Positions 1 through 8,659 of a stretch of DNA of 38,531 nucleotides are shown in pieces. A model generated the notes under the pieces. That model made no database searches, had not been told where the DNA came from, and saw nothing but the letters and a program-made list of their open reading frames with translations. Source of the stretch: a virus (lineage: Duplodnaviria > Caudoviricetes); the IMG/VR virus record IMGVR_UViG_3300037706_000069, positions 1 to 38,531 of that record; one strand, written 5' to 3'. The position numbers and the translations under genes were made by a program. Position 1 is the stretch's first letter; every line of letters starts with the position of its first letter.

Positions 1-160
1 GGTGGCCGATGGGGTCCCGGACCCGTACATCATCTTCTGCGGTAACACCGCCTACGTGTGGATCATCGGCGGCGAGCAGTCTGCTGAAGCGTACTGGACC
101 TCCGGTGGCCGCCCGGAAGCGTTGGGCCCGGGGAACCGGGCCCAACGCAGAGCGGCACGA
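1..160. repeat. Terminal direct repeat, copy 1 (circular overlap)
   Basis: 1-160 matches 38372-38531 except at positions 127 and 130; joining the ends restores one continuous ORF. Confidence 0.95.
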
Positions 161-292
161 GCTGGCGGGACCAGTACGGCCGCGGCCGCCGCGACCCGGC
201 CACAGGGCTCTACGAGTGGTACGAGTACCCGGAAGAGGTCGCGGAGCAGAGGCAGGGGCAGGGGACACCGGTCTCCTGGGGGCAGATCCTGA
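2..292 (+). CDS. Tail assembly chaperone (gpG-like), 3' part; continues from 38112
   Basis: Same frame as the ORF starting at GTG 38112; lies between the major tail and tape measure genes. Confidence 0.8.
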   Translation: MADGVPDPYIIFCGNTAYVWIIGGEQSAEAYWTSGGRPEALGPGNRAQRRAARAGGTSTAAAAATRPQGSTSGTSTRKRSRSRGRGRGHRSPGGRS

Positions 293-468
293 CCCGCTGG
301 GCGCTGGTCGAGGCCGACCTGCATGAGACGTTCGGGGTGGACGTGGGCGACCGGGTCCTGATGCGGACCAGGTCATGGCGGTGGCTGCAGACCCGCATCT
401 TCGGACTGCTCAACACGGACAGCCGCCTGCACCGGGCGCTGGCGCCCGACTCCGACTCCGACAGCTGA
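112..468 (+). CDS. Tail assembly chaperone -1 frameshift extension (gpT-like)
   Basis: The -1 frame is open 88-468 without a start for most of its length; reads ...GLYEWYEYP...WALVEADLHETFGVDV...RSWRWLQTRIFGLLNTDSRL; candidate slip site C CCG GAA at 112-118. Confidence 0.7.
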   Translation, partial: PGSVGPGEPGPTQSGTSWRDQYGRGRRDPATGLYEWYEYPEEVAEQRQGQGTPVSWGQILTRWALVEADLHETFGVDVGDRVLMRTRSWRWLQTRIFGLLNTDSRLHRALAPDSDSDS

Positions 469-481
469 CAGGTGGTGGCCG

Positions 482-2362
482 GTGGCGCTGAAGCTGGGCG
501 AGCTGGTGGCCGTCATCACCGTCGACGACGACGCCTTCAAGACCCGCATGGACCGGGCCAAGTCCGACTTCGAGGGCTTCGGCGGCAAGATGCAGGTCGC
601 CGGTGCGGCGGCCGGCGCCTTGGCTGGTGGGGCAATGGCTGCCGGGCTGGTCGGAAACCTCAACTACGACGCCGCCAACGACAAGCTCGCCGCCCAGCTC
701 GGCTCCACCCCGAAGGAGGCGGAGCGGCTCGGTAAGATCGCAGGCGACCTGTACACCGGCGCCTGGGGCGACAGCATGCCCGAGGTCAACGAGGCGATCC
801 GGAGCGTGATCCAGAACATCGACGGGATGCGCGGCGCATCCGACAAGGCGTTGCACGGCATCACCGCCAGCGTGATCGACCTGGGCACGGCCTTCGACAA
901 GGACGTAGGCCAGACGTCCCGCGCGGTCGGGAAGCTGATCAAAACCGGTCTGGCGAAGGACGCAAAGGGTGCCCTGGATCTTCTGACCCGTGGCTTCCAA
1001 ACCGGCGCCAACGAAGCCGACGACCTGCTCGAAGTGGTCGCCGAGTACTCCACAATGTTCCGTGAGATCGGCCTGGACGGGCAACAGGCCCTGGGCCTGG
1101 TCTCCCAGGGCCTGCAGGCCGGTGCCCGCGACGCTGACACCGTCGCCGACGCGATCAAGGAGTTCGCGATCCGCGCCCAGGACGGGAGCGAGGCCTCGGC
1201 GGCCGGGTTCAAGGCGGCCGGGCTGGACGCTGACCGGATGACCGCCGCGGTCGCCCGGGGCGGCCCGGCCGCTGAAAAGGCGCTGGGCCTGACCCTGGAT
1301 AGGTTGCGGGCGATGAAGGACCCGGCCGAACGCAACGCTGCCGCGGTGGCTCTGTTCGGCACCAAAGCCGAGGACTTGGGTGACGCGTTGTTCGCGCTGG
1401 ACCTGGACACCGCCACTGACCAGCTGGGCAAGGTCGAGGGTGCGGCGTCCAAAATGGGCGAGACGCTGAACGACAACGACAAGGTGCAGCTGGAAAGCCT
1501 GAAGCGGCAGGTGCAGGCGGTGCTGGTCGAGAAGATGGCCGCGGCCGTGCCGCACCTGCAGGCGGTAGGCGGGTGGATGGCCGAGCACAAGGCGCTGGTG
1601 GTGCCACTGGTCACCGTGCTCGGCACGTTCGCGGCGATCATCGGGGTGATCACCCTGGCGACCAAGGTTTGGACCGCGACGCAGGCCGCGCTGAACGTGG
1701 TGATGCTGCTCAATCCCATCGGCCTGATCATCCTCGCCATCGCCGCCCTGATCGCCATCATCGTCCTGATCGCCACGAAAACCCGCTGGTTCCAGACCGC
1801 CTGGAAGTGGGCCTGGGGCGGGATCAAAACGGCCGCGCTGAACGTGGGCCGCTGGTTCCGGGACACCCTGTGGCGGAAGTGGATCGTCGGCACCTTCAAC
1901 GGCATCATCGCCACCGGCGGGCGGGCCGTCGACTGGTTCCGGAAGCTGCCGGGCAAGGTCGGCCGGGCGGTAGCCGGAATCGGGAAGATCATCAGCGCTC
2001 CGTGGCGGTGGGGCTTCAACCAGATCGCCTGGCTGTGGAACAACACCGCCGGCCGGCTCCGGTTCACCATGCCCGACTGGGTACCCGGCCTCGGCGGCAA
2101 AGGCTTCTCCATGCCGCAGCTGCCGATGCTGGCCCGCGGCGCCCGGATCCTGGGCGGCGGCTTGGCGGTGGTCGGGGAGGCCGGCCCGGAGGTCGTGGCC
2201 CTGGGCGCGGGCGCCCGGGTCGCCCCACTCGACCGTGCCGTGGCCGTCGGAGGCCGGGCCGAGGTCCACGGCACCATCACCATCCAGGGCGACGGCATCC
2301 TCCGCGGCCTGCGTAAGAAGGTGGCCGTGCGCGGCGGCACCTTCGAGGCCACATTCGGGTGA
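482..2362 (+). CDS. Tape measure protein (626 aa)
   Basis: Ala-rich helical protein with TMP core (ADAIKEF, ALFGTKAEDLG), hydrophobic NPIGL segment, Trp-periodic repeats; follows the chaperones. Confidence 0.92.
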   Translation: MALKLGELVAVITVDDDAFKTRMDRAKSDFEGFGGKMQVAGAAAGALAGGAMAAGLVGNLNYDAANDKLAAQLGSTPKEAERLGKIAGDLYTGAWGDSMPEVNEAIRSVIQNIDGMRGASDKALHGITASVIDLGTAFDKDVGQTSRAVGKLIKTGLAKDAKGALDLLTRGFQTGANEADDLLEVVAEYSTMFREIGLDGQQALGLVSQGLQAGARDADTVADAIKEFAIRAQDGSEASAAGFKAAGLDADRMTAAVARGGPAAEKALGLTLDRLRAMKDPAERNAAAVALFGTKAEDLGDALFALDLDTATDQLGKVEGAASKMGETLNDNDKVQLESLKRQVQAVLVEKMAAAVPHLQAVGGWMAEHKALVVPLVTVLGTFAAIIGVITLATKVWTATQAALNVVMLLNPIGLIILAIAALIAIIVLIATKTRWFQTAWKWAWGGIKTAALNVGRWFRDTLWRKWIVGTFNGIIATGGRAVDWFRKLPGKVGRAVAGIGKIISAPWRWGFNQIAWLWNNTAGRLRFTMPDWVPGLGGKGFSMPQLPMLARGARILGGGLAVVGEAGPEVVALGAGARVAPLDRAVAVGGRAEVHGTITIQGDGILRGLRKKVAVRGGTFEATFG

Positions 2363-2371
2363 GGTGAGCCC

Positions 2372-5158
2372 ATGTCCTTCCCCGCGACCCCGCTGACCGT
2401 CACCATCGAGGCAGCCTTCGGGGCCGACCGTGGCGCCCACCCCGACACCTGGACCTGGACCGACCTCACCAGCCGATGGCACCCCGCCGTCGACCTGGTC
2501 GCCTTCCTGGGCCGCCGCGACCAGGAAGGCGGCGCAGGAGACGAGCAGGAGATCACCTTCGCGCTCGGCAACGACGACGGGCAGCTGACTCCCGAGGACC
2601 CACGGTCGCAGTGGTGGCCCCACGTAGATGAGGGGCTGCCGGTGCGGATCATCCTCGCCCCGGGGCTCACACCGGAGCTGGTGCTGGTGCTGACCGGGTA
2701 CGCCGCGGAGATCACACCGCAGTGGCCTGCCGGCAGCAGCCGGCAGGCCCTGGTGGCGGTCGTGGTGGGCGGCATCGCCCGGCAGCTGGCCCGCGGCCGC
2801 TCCCCGCTCCGGTCACCGCTGCACCAGACCATCGTGGCGTCCGACCCGGTGGCCTACTGGTCCCTGGAAGATGCCGAGGGTGCGACCGAGGCCGCGTCAG
2901 GGCTGCCTGGCGGGCCGCCCATGACCGGAGGCAGCATCGCGCGGGCGGCCTCAGAGCTCATCCCCGGGTCGCTGCCCACCCCCGACCTGCGAGACTCGAC
3001 AGGCGCCATGCGCGGCCGGGTGCAGGGCACCTTCGACGGCTTGTCCTGGACGGTCGCGTGGACGGCCGTGTTCGAGGGGACCAACCTGTGGACCCCTGTC
3101 GACATCAGCGTGTCCGGTGGGATCTACGACCGGTACACCATAGTGCTGTCCGATGTGGTCGAGTTTTTCGGACACGACGACGACACCGGCGGCTCGACGA
3201 ACCTTGGCACGGTCAGCCAGGACCTTTCGGACGGCCTACCACACAGGATCGCCCTGACCGTCCGGTACGAACCGATCGCGGACAACATCGCACAGAGCCT
3301 GTTCATCGACGGGTCGGTGGTCTTCACCTCGTCCGACACCGGCTCCCAGGCCGGGACCCCTGTCGACGTGGTCGTGCGGCCGCGGAGCTCGGGCACGTCC
3401 GCGACCGGCGGCCACGTGACGGCGTGGAACACTCCGTACTACCCGCGGCTATACGAGGAACTCAACGTGCTTCCCGCGCAGCAAGCGTTCGCGGAAGAGC
3501 TGGCGGAGGACCGCGCCGAGAGGCTGTCCCTGCAGCAGCAGGTGCAGTTCCGTGTGGACCCGGACACAGTCGACCGGTTCGGCCGGACCGAGGCCAGCGG
3601 TTGGGGAGACGCGACCACCGGCGAAACCTGGCAGACCACAGGCGGATCCGGCTCCGACTACGCCGTGGCCGCCGGGACCGCGACGATCGAGCTGGACACG
3701 CTGAACTCCCAGCGAGGCGTACGTACGGATGACGTCGCGTGGGCCGACGCGGACATGGCCGTCACAGTGTCTGCATCGGACACCGCCGCTGGTCCGGGGG
3801 TGTTGGACGCCATCCAGGCCGGGGTCACCTTGCGTGACATTGACGCCGATAACCGATATTTGGTACGGGTGGTGTTCCTGCCGTCCGGGGCGGCAGCTGT
3901 GGCGCTAGGGGTCCTGATCGGAGGGACGGTCACCGCCACGGCGCTGTCTGACCCGTCCGACGACATCCCCTACGAGGCGGGCGCGCCCATCCGGGTGCGG
4001 GGGCAGGTACGCGGGAATGTCATCCGCGGCAAGATCTGGCGGCCGGCCGACCCGGAGCCGCCCGCGTGGGGAGCACGCCTGGTCACCAGCGGCATCACCG
4101 GTGAGCTGACCGGCCGAGCCGGGATCGGCGTCCGTGCCCTGCTCGACGCAGACCTCACCAACACCTTGCCGATCGTCGTGAGCGTCTTAGACCTGGTGGC
4201 CCGGCAGCTGCACCCGTCCGAGCCGATGGGCCGCCAGCCGGTCGACACCCTCCCGGCCCTGCTCCGCGACTGCGTGACAGCCGACCGGAGCATCATCTCC
4301 GAGGGGCACTTCGGCTACGTCTGGCGGCCCCGCGGCAGCCGGTACAACCAGACCCCGACGCTGGTCATCGATGCCGCCAACCGTGAGTTGGCGCTCCCGT
4401 TCGCCCCGACCCGGGATGATGCCACGGTCCGGAACGAGTGGACCATCTCCCGGCCGGGTGGGTCGTCGGTGACCGTGGCCGACCAGGCCGACCAGGCCCG
4501 CCGGGGCCGCCGGGACGACTCCGACGAGCCGAACATCGCCTCCGACCAGCGGCTGGCAGACCACGCCCGTTGGCGGCTGGGCGAGTCTTCGTCGGCCGGT
4601 CTGCGTCATCCCCAGCTGGGGACCATGCTGCACGTGGCCCCGCAGCTGCTGGCGGCTGTGCTCTCGACCAGGCCTGGTGACCGGATCCAGGCGGTCGGGT
4701 TGCCTGCGCAGTACCCCGGCGGGTTGGACCAGGTCGTGGAGGGCGTCGCTCACACGGTGCGTGGCCGGCGCTGGTGGCGGTGGGACGTGGTGGTCGCCCC
4801 GGCCGCCCCGTGGACCGTCGGTGTGTGGGCCGGAGACACCGAGACCCCGCAGCCGGCCGAGCCGAAGAGGTACGCACCGTACGACTCGCGGGTCGTGACA
4901 GCCTTCGACGCCGGCGACGACACCACGCTCGTGGTGGAGGACCAGACCGGCGGCGGCGACCTGTGGTCCACCACCGCAGACACCCCCTTCGACATCAAGG
5001 TGCGGGGTGTCCGGCTGCGGGTCACCGCCGTATCCGCGGCCACCGGTGCGCAGCAGAGCCTGACGGTGCAGCAGACGCCGGTCAATGGGGTGGTGGGAGT
5101 GACGGCCGCTGTGGGGGAGCCGGTGCAGCTGTGGGCGCCGGCCCGGTACGCGCTATGA
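2372..5158 (+). CDS. Minor tail / tail tip protein (928 aa) with probable LamG-like beta-sandwich inserts
   Basis: Directly after TMP; N-terminal WTDLT...L.NDDG.LTP motif; PVAYWSL motif; beta-rich middle. Confidence 0.75.
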   Translation: MSFPATPLTVTIEAAFGADRGAHPDTWTWTDLTSRWHPAVDLVAFLGRRDQEGGAGDEQEITFALGNDDGQLTPEDPRSQWWPHVDEGLPVRIILAPGLTPELVLVLTGYAAEITPQWPAGSSRQALVAVVVGGIARQLARGRSPLRSPLHQTIVASDPVAYWSLEDAEGATEAASGLPGGPPMTGGSIARAASELIPGSLPTPDLRDSTGAMRGRVQGTFDGLSWTVAWTAVFEGTNLWTPVDISVSGGIYDRYTIVLSDVVEFFGHDDDTGGSTNLGTVSQDLSDGLPHRIALTVRYEPIADNIAQSLFIDGSVVFTSSDTGSQAGTPVDVVVRPRSSGTSATGGHVTAWNTPYYPRLYEELNVLPAQQAFAEELAEDRAERLSLQQQVQFRVDPDTVDRFGRTEASGWGDATTGETWQTTGGSGSDYAVAAGTATIELDTLNSQRGVRTDDVAWADADMAVTVSASDTAAGPGVLDAIQAGVTLRDIDADNRYLVRVVFLPSGAAAVALGVLIGGTVTATALSDPSDDIPYEAGAPIRVRGQVRGNVIRGKIWRPADPEPPAWGARLVTSGITGELTGRAGIGVRALLDADLTNTLPIVVSVLDLVARQLHPSEPMGRQPVDTLPALLRDCVTADRSIISEGHFGYVWRPRGSRYNQTPTLVIDAANRELALPFAPTRDDATVRNEWTISRPGGSSVTVADQADQARRGRRDDSDEPNIASDQRLADHARWRLGESSSAGLRHPQLGTMLHVAPQLLAAVLSTRPGDRIQAVGLPAQYPGGLDQVVEGVAHTVRGRRWWRWDVVVAPAAPWTVGVWAGDTETPQPAEPKRYAPYDSRVVTAFDAGDDTTLVVEDQTGGGDLWSTTADTPFDIKVRGVRLRVTAVSAATGAQQSLTVQQTPVNGVVGVTAAVGEPVQLWAPARYAL

Positions 5159-5170
5159 GGGGAGGGAGCT

Positions 5171-5620
5171 GTGCCGCAGGCTGGTGACACGATCCGGGCC
5201 GTCCAGATCCCCGGCCAGTTGGTCGCCCACCATGAGAACACTTCGGACAGTGCGGGGTTCACACCAGAGACGGTGGTCATGACCCTCGCTGACATCCCAA
5301 TGATCAGCGGGCAGACCTACTCGGTGTGGTCCAACCCCGGAGTGGTGTCCACCCAGGACGGGGACAAGATCCGGGTGGCGCTGCGGGAGGACAGCATCAG
5401 CGGCGCCGTCCTCGACTCGACCATGGTCGACAGCAACCAGGCCGGCTCGGCGACGACGCGCAAGTACGCGCCGGTGCTGTTCGCGCTCTACCCGGCTACC
5501 GTCACCGGCGGCAAGACGTTCGTGGTCACGGGTGAGCGTGCCGCCGGCGGCGGCACTGTCCACCTTGAGGGATCAGCGGAGAGGAGGAGCTACCTCCTGG
5601 TGCGCTACGAGTTCGGATGA
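5171..5620 (+). CDS. Minor tail / virion protein (149 aa)
   Basis: RBS GGAGG upstream; beta-rich; last gene of the tail module. Confidence 0.6.
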   Translation: MPQAGDTIRAVQIPGQLVAHHENTSDSAGFTPETVVMTLADIPMISGQTYSVWSNPGVVSTQDGDKIRVALREDSISGAVLDSTMVDSNQAGSATTRKYAPVLFALYPATVTGGKTFVVTGERAAGGGTVHLEGSAERRSYLLVRYEFG

Positions 5621-5639
5621 CGAGCATGAGAGGTGGGTC

Positions 5640-6545
5640 ATGAGCGAGGTCATGTCCCGGTCGGAGGCCGGCCTGCCGCCGGTGCCATCCAGCATCGGCC
5701 ACCGCACCATGGCCTCCTGGGCGGGGATCCGCGTCCACCACACCGGCGGCGCGTTCTCCACCTGGCGGGCGGTCCACGACTGGCAGACCGCCGGCCGGCC
5801 ACCCGACGAGCAGCTCGCCTACATCGGCTACTCGTTCGGCATCTCCGACGGGCGGGTGTGGACCCTGCGGGGATGGGACCGGCACCCCGCCCACGACTTC
5901 ATCAACACCCACCTTGGGGTCGTCCTCGGCGGGGTGTACGAGACCCGGCTGCCCGCCGGGGCGGACCTGGACGCGCTGGTGTGGTTCATCCGGGCGGCCC
6001 GCGGCCGGCCGGGCGCCGGGCCGCTGCCGGTGGGCACCCACCGGGAGGTCGGGCAGACAACCTGCCCCGGCACCACGGCGCACCAGTGGGTCAAGCAGGT
6101 GCTACCGGGCCGGCTGGCCCAGGAGGAGAGCGACGTGAGCGCGGACGAGCTGTGGCAGTATCCGATCACCAACGTGCGCGACGGGGAACCGAAGCAGGCC
6201 CGGGGGATGCTGCGCTACACCAACCACTACGCCCACCAGGCCAGTCAGCGGGCCGCTCAGCTGCTGGCCGGGCAGGCCGCGGTCCTGGCCGCGCTGGCCG
6301 GCGACGACGTGCAGGCCGCGGTGCGGGCCGAGCTGGACCGGGCGGCCGCGGCCGAGCGGGCGGAGCGGGCCGCCGAGCTGGCAGAGCTGCGGCACGACCT
6401 GGCCGGGGCGGTGCTGGCCGAGCTCGGCCCGGCGCTGGCCGCGCAGCTGGGCGCCGCGGCCGGGGAGCTGCCCGCGGCCGTGGTGGAGGCCGCGGTGGCC
6501 CGCGCGCTGGGCCGCACCACGCTGGCCGTGGCACCGCCTGCGTGA
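5640..6545 (+). CDS. Endolysin, N-acetylmuramoyl-L-alanine amidase (PGRP/Amidase_2-like) with Ala-rich helical C-terminus
   Basis: Motifs VHHTG, IGYSF, RGW...AH, HREV..T.CPG; ATG 5640 after GAGG. Confidence 0.85.
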   Translation: MSEVMSRSEAGLPPVPSSIGHRTMASWAGIRVHHTGGAFSTWRAVHDWQTAGRPPDEQLAYIGYSFGISDGRVWTLRGWDRHPAHDFINTHLGVVLGGVYETRLPAGADLDALVWFIRAARGRPGAGPLPVGTHREVGQTTCPGTTAHQWVKQVLPGRLAQEESDVSADELWQYPITNVRDGEPKQARGMLRYTNHYAHQASQRAAQLLAGQAAVLAALAGDDVQAAVRAELDRAAAAERAERAAELAELRHDLAGAVLAELGPALAAQLGAAAGELPAAVVEAAVARALGRTTLAVAPPA

Positions 6546-6757
6546 TGCTGGCCGACCTGCTGCCGGTCGCGGCGCAGGGTGGGCTGCTCGCCGCCGTGGC
6601 CGGGGTGTTCGGGCTGTTGCACCGCTCCGCCGTGCGGGCCTACCGGGAGCAGACGGCCGACTGGCGGGAGGCCTTCGCCCTGGAGCGGGCGGCGCATGAG
6701 GAGACACGGCGGCAGCTGCTGCACGTCCTGGCGCCGCTGGCGGAGCGTGCGTCGTGA
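6545..6757 (+). CDS. Lysis-cassette membrane protein (1 TM plus coiled coil)
   Basis: Start overlaps the endolysin stop (TGATG); MLADLLPVAAQGGLLAAVAGVFGLL... Confidence 0.65.
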   Translation: MLADLLPVAAQGGLLAAVAGVFGLLHRSAVRAYREQTADWREAFALERAAHEETRRQLLHVLAPLAERAS

Positions 6758-6927
6758 GGTGGCCCTGGCCCCGCCGCGTCCGGGTGGTCGACGGCCGGGC
6801 CGCCACCGCGGCGCGGCTGGACGCCGCCCGGCGGCTGGCCTCCGCCCGCCGCCGCCGTCCTGAGGTGGACCGGGCCCATGACCGGCTCGCGGACTGGGTC
6901 GAGCAGGCGTTGGGGGGCCGGGCGTGA
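6754..6927 (+). CDS. Small basic lysis-cassette protein (57 aa)
   Basis: GTGA overlaps at both ends; MRWPWPRRVRVV...LADWVEQALGGRA; absent from the supplied ORF track. Confidence 0.6.
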   Translation: MRWPWPRRVRVVDGRAATAARLDAARRLASARRRRPEVDRAHDRLADWVEQALGGRA

Positions 6928-7214
6928 TCCGGGTGGTGGTGGCCGAGCTGGTGCTGTTGGCCGTGATGTGGTCGGCGTTCCTGGTGGTGCATGCGCGGTG
7001 GCCGTGGCGGGACACCCCGGTGGGGCGGCAGCTCACGGCGATGGCGGTGGTGTCCCTGGGTGAGGCGGTGAGCCTGGCGCTGCTGGCGGCCGGGCGTCCG
7101 CCGCCGCTGTGGCTGTTCGCGGTCGGGTTCGGCGCGGCGGACGCGGTGCTGGCGTCGTGGCTGGTGTTGACGTGGCGGGCCCGGCGACGGGCCGCGGAGG
7201 TGGAGGGAAGATGA
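6924..7214 (+). CDS. Putative holin (3 TM segments)
   Basis: Three hydrophobic stretches, basic C-terminus, lysis cassette position. Confidence 0.65.
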   Translation: MIRVVVAELVLLAVMWSAFLVVHARWPWRDTPVGRQLTAMAVVSLGEAVSLALLAAGRPPPLWLFAVGFGAADAVLASWLVLTWRARRRAAEVEGR

Positions 7215-7278
7215 CGGAGTACGTGCCGGACCCGGAGTCGCGGGAGCCGCCGCCGTAGGCCGCTCCCCGGGGACACGC

Positions 7279-7309
7279 GCGCCCCCCGCCCTTCGTGGGC
7301 GGGGGGCGC
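7279..7309. terminator. Likely bidirectional terminator hairpin
   Basis: 13-bp perfect stem GCGCCCCCCGCCC/GGGCGGGGGGCGC with loop TTCGT, between convergent operons. Confidence 0.75.
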
Positions 7310-7337
7310 TTCTCCGCGTCTCCGGGGGCTGGTGAGG

Positions 7338-7466
7338 CTACGGGCCTGCGGCCAGCAGCCGCTGGTGCGCCTCCAGCGTCCCGGCCGGGATGGGCCGGAC
7401 CCGGCAGCGCACGTGCTGGTTGTCGAAGTCGCGGACCACGACCAGCGACTGCTGCCCGCCGGTCAT
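7338..7466 (-). CDS. Hypothetical protein (42 aa)
   Basis: ATGA overlap with the upstream gene; MTGGQQSLVVVRDFDNQ... Confidence 0.5.
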   Translation of the reverse strand: MTGGQQSLVVVRDFDNQHVRCRVRPIPAGTLEAHQRLLAAGP

Positions 7467-7789
7467 GACGCACCCCCGCCCTGCTGCTCCAGCGCCTGCG
7501 CCAGCCTGCGCAGCGCCTCCAGCCGGCGGCCCCATGCCCGGCTGGCGGCGCGGTACTCCGGGCTGTCCTGCCCGGAGTACCGCGTGGTGAGCACCGCGTC
7601 CTGCGCGGCGTAGCCCACCCGGTGCGCCATCCGCACGACGTCGCCGACCCGCACCGGCCGGGTCACCTCGACGATCCGCTGCGGTTGGTCGTGATCGTGG
7701 TGGACGACCTGGTGGGTGGCCGTGGCCGCCGGGTCGTGGGTGTGCAGCTCGTACGGCTGCGGGTTCAGCGGGTCGTACGCGGTGGTCAT
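7463..7789 (-). CDS. Hypothetical protein (108 aa)
   Basis: RBS AAGGAG upstream; part of the leftward operon. Confidence 0.65.
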   Translation of the reverse strand: MTTAYDPLNPQPYELHTHDPAATATHQVVHHDHDQPQRIVEVTRPVRVGDVVRMAHRVGYAAQDAVLTTRYSGQDSPEYRAASRAWGRRLEALRRLAQALEQQGGGAS

Positions 7790-7801
7790 TGGGAGGCTCC
7801 T

Positions 7802-8020
7802 TCAGCTTGTGGCGAGATCGAGATCCGCGATGAACGCAGCCGGGTCCTGGGCGTTGACCACGATCTGCATGGAGCCCGCCGCCTGGCTGGTTTCACGTAG
7901 CTGGGCTTGGGGGCCGTAGGGCGTCTCCTTGATTGACTCGATCAGCAGGGGTCGAGCCGGCTTCGGGCCGAAGACGGGGATGCGGTTGTGCATGGCGGTG
8001 GTGGCTTCTTCGAGGGTCAT
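7802..8020 (-). CDS. Hypothetical protein (72 aa)
   Basis: MTLEEATTAMHNRIP...; purine-rich RBS AAGGAAAGGGG. Confidence 0.65.
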   Translation of the reverse strand: MTLEEATTAMHNRIPVFGPKPARPLLIESIKETPYGPQAQLRETSQAAGSMQIVVNAQDPAAFIADLDLATS

Positions 8021-8061
8021 CTCGGTTCCCCTTTCCTTTGTGGTGGTGGTGGTGCCTGCCA

Positions 8062-8116
8062 GTCTGGCGGGCTCGGCACCGCCCCAGGGGGGCTGGGGCG
8101 GCACCGGGCCGGTCAG
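8062..8116. repeat. Structured intergenic repeat, copy 1
   Basis: GTCTGGCGGGCTCGGCA-[9-bp hairpin]-CACCGGGCCGGTCAG; second copy at 8331-8386. Confidence 0.75.
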
Positions 8117-8295
8117 CGGTGGACGGGCAGCAGCTGCTCCGGTGTGAGCCGGCCCTGCTCCCGCAGCCGCCAGGCGTGCCAGGCGGCTGTACCGGCCTCG
8201 GGGGCCGGCTCGGGGTCGCAGGCGGCCGGGCGGGGCCAGGTGTGTGCGTGGCCGCACGGCTGCATCGTCGCCGCCGCGGTGGTGGGGGGGTTCAT
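8113..8295 (-). CDS. Hypothetical protein (60 aa)
   Basis: Strong RBS AGGAGGT. Confidence 0.6.
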   Translation of the reverse strand: MNPPTTAAATMQPCGHAHTWPRPAACDPEPAPEAGTAAWHAWRLREQGRLTPEQLLPVHR

Positions 8296-8330
8296 GGGGG
8301 ACCTCCTGGTCGTGGGACGGGGCCGGCGCG

Positions 8331-8386
8331 GTCTGGCCGGCTCGGCAACCGCCCGCTGGCGCGCGGGCGGCCACCGGGCCGGTCAG
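8331..8386. repeat. Structured intergenic repeat, copy 2
   Basis: GTCTGGCCGGCTCGGCAA-[8-bp hairpin]-CCACCGGGCCGGTCAG. Confidence 0.75.
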
Positions 8387-8625
8387 TTCGCGCCGATGCC
8401 CTGCGCCTCCCAGGCCTGGCGGGTGGCGGCCTGCTCCCAGGTCTCGACCCGGCGCTGGTCGTCGCCGGCCAGCTCGGCCTGCAGCGCGTGGCTGTCGCAC
8501 CGGTACAGCCCGTCGGGGCCGACCCAGTAGCCGCCGGGGTAGGCGCAGCAGCAGCCGTCGCCGTGTTGGTCGAGGCGGTGGCAGCGGTCGGCGGGGGTGC
8601 AGTCGGTGCAGGTGATGGCGTCCAT
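8383..8625 (-). CDS. Cys-rich hypothetical protein (80 aa), first gene of the leftward operon
   Basis: MDAITCTDCTPADRCHRL...CCCAYPGGYW; RBS GAGAGG. Confidence 0.6.
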   Translation of the reverse strand: MDAITCTDCTPADRCHRLDQHGDGCCCAYPGGYWVGPDGLYRCDSHALQAELAGDDQRRVETWEQAATRQAWEAQGIGAN

Positions 8626-8659
8626 GGGGTGTGCCTCTCGGGTCGATGTGCTGCTGACC

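Noticed and set aside
1-160. Physical terminal repeat of the virion DNA
   Set aside because: It falls mid-gene and the terminase looks headful-type; an assembly overlap is more likely
410-2832. Long antisense ORFs (737, 722 aa; also 25726-27804, 29828-32134, 33073-34944)
   Set aside because: Shadow ORFs opposite clear genes, expected in very GC-rich DNA
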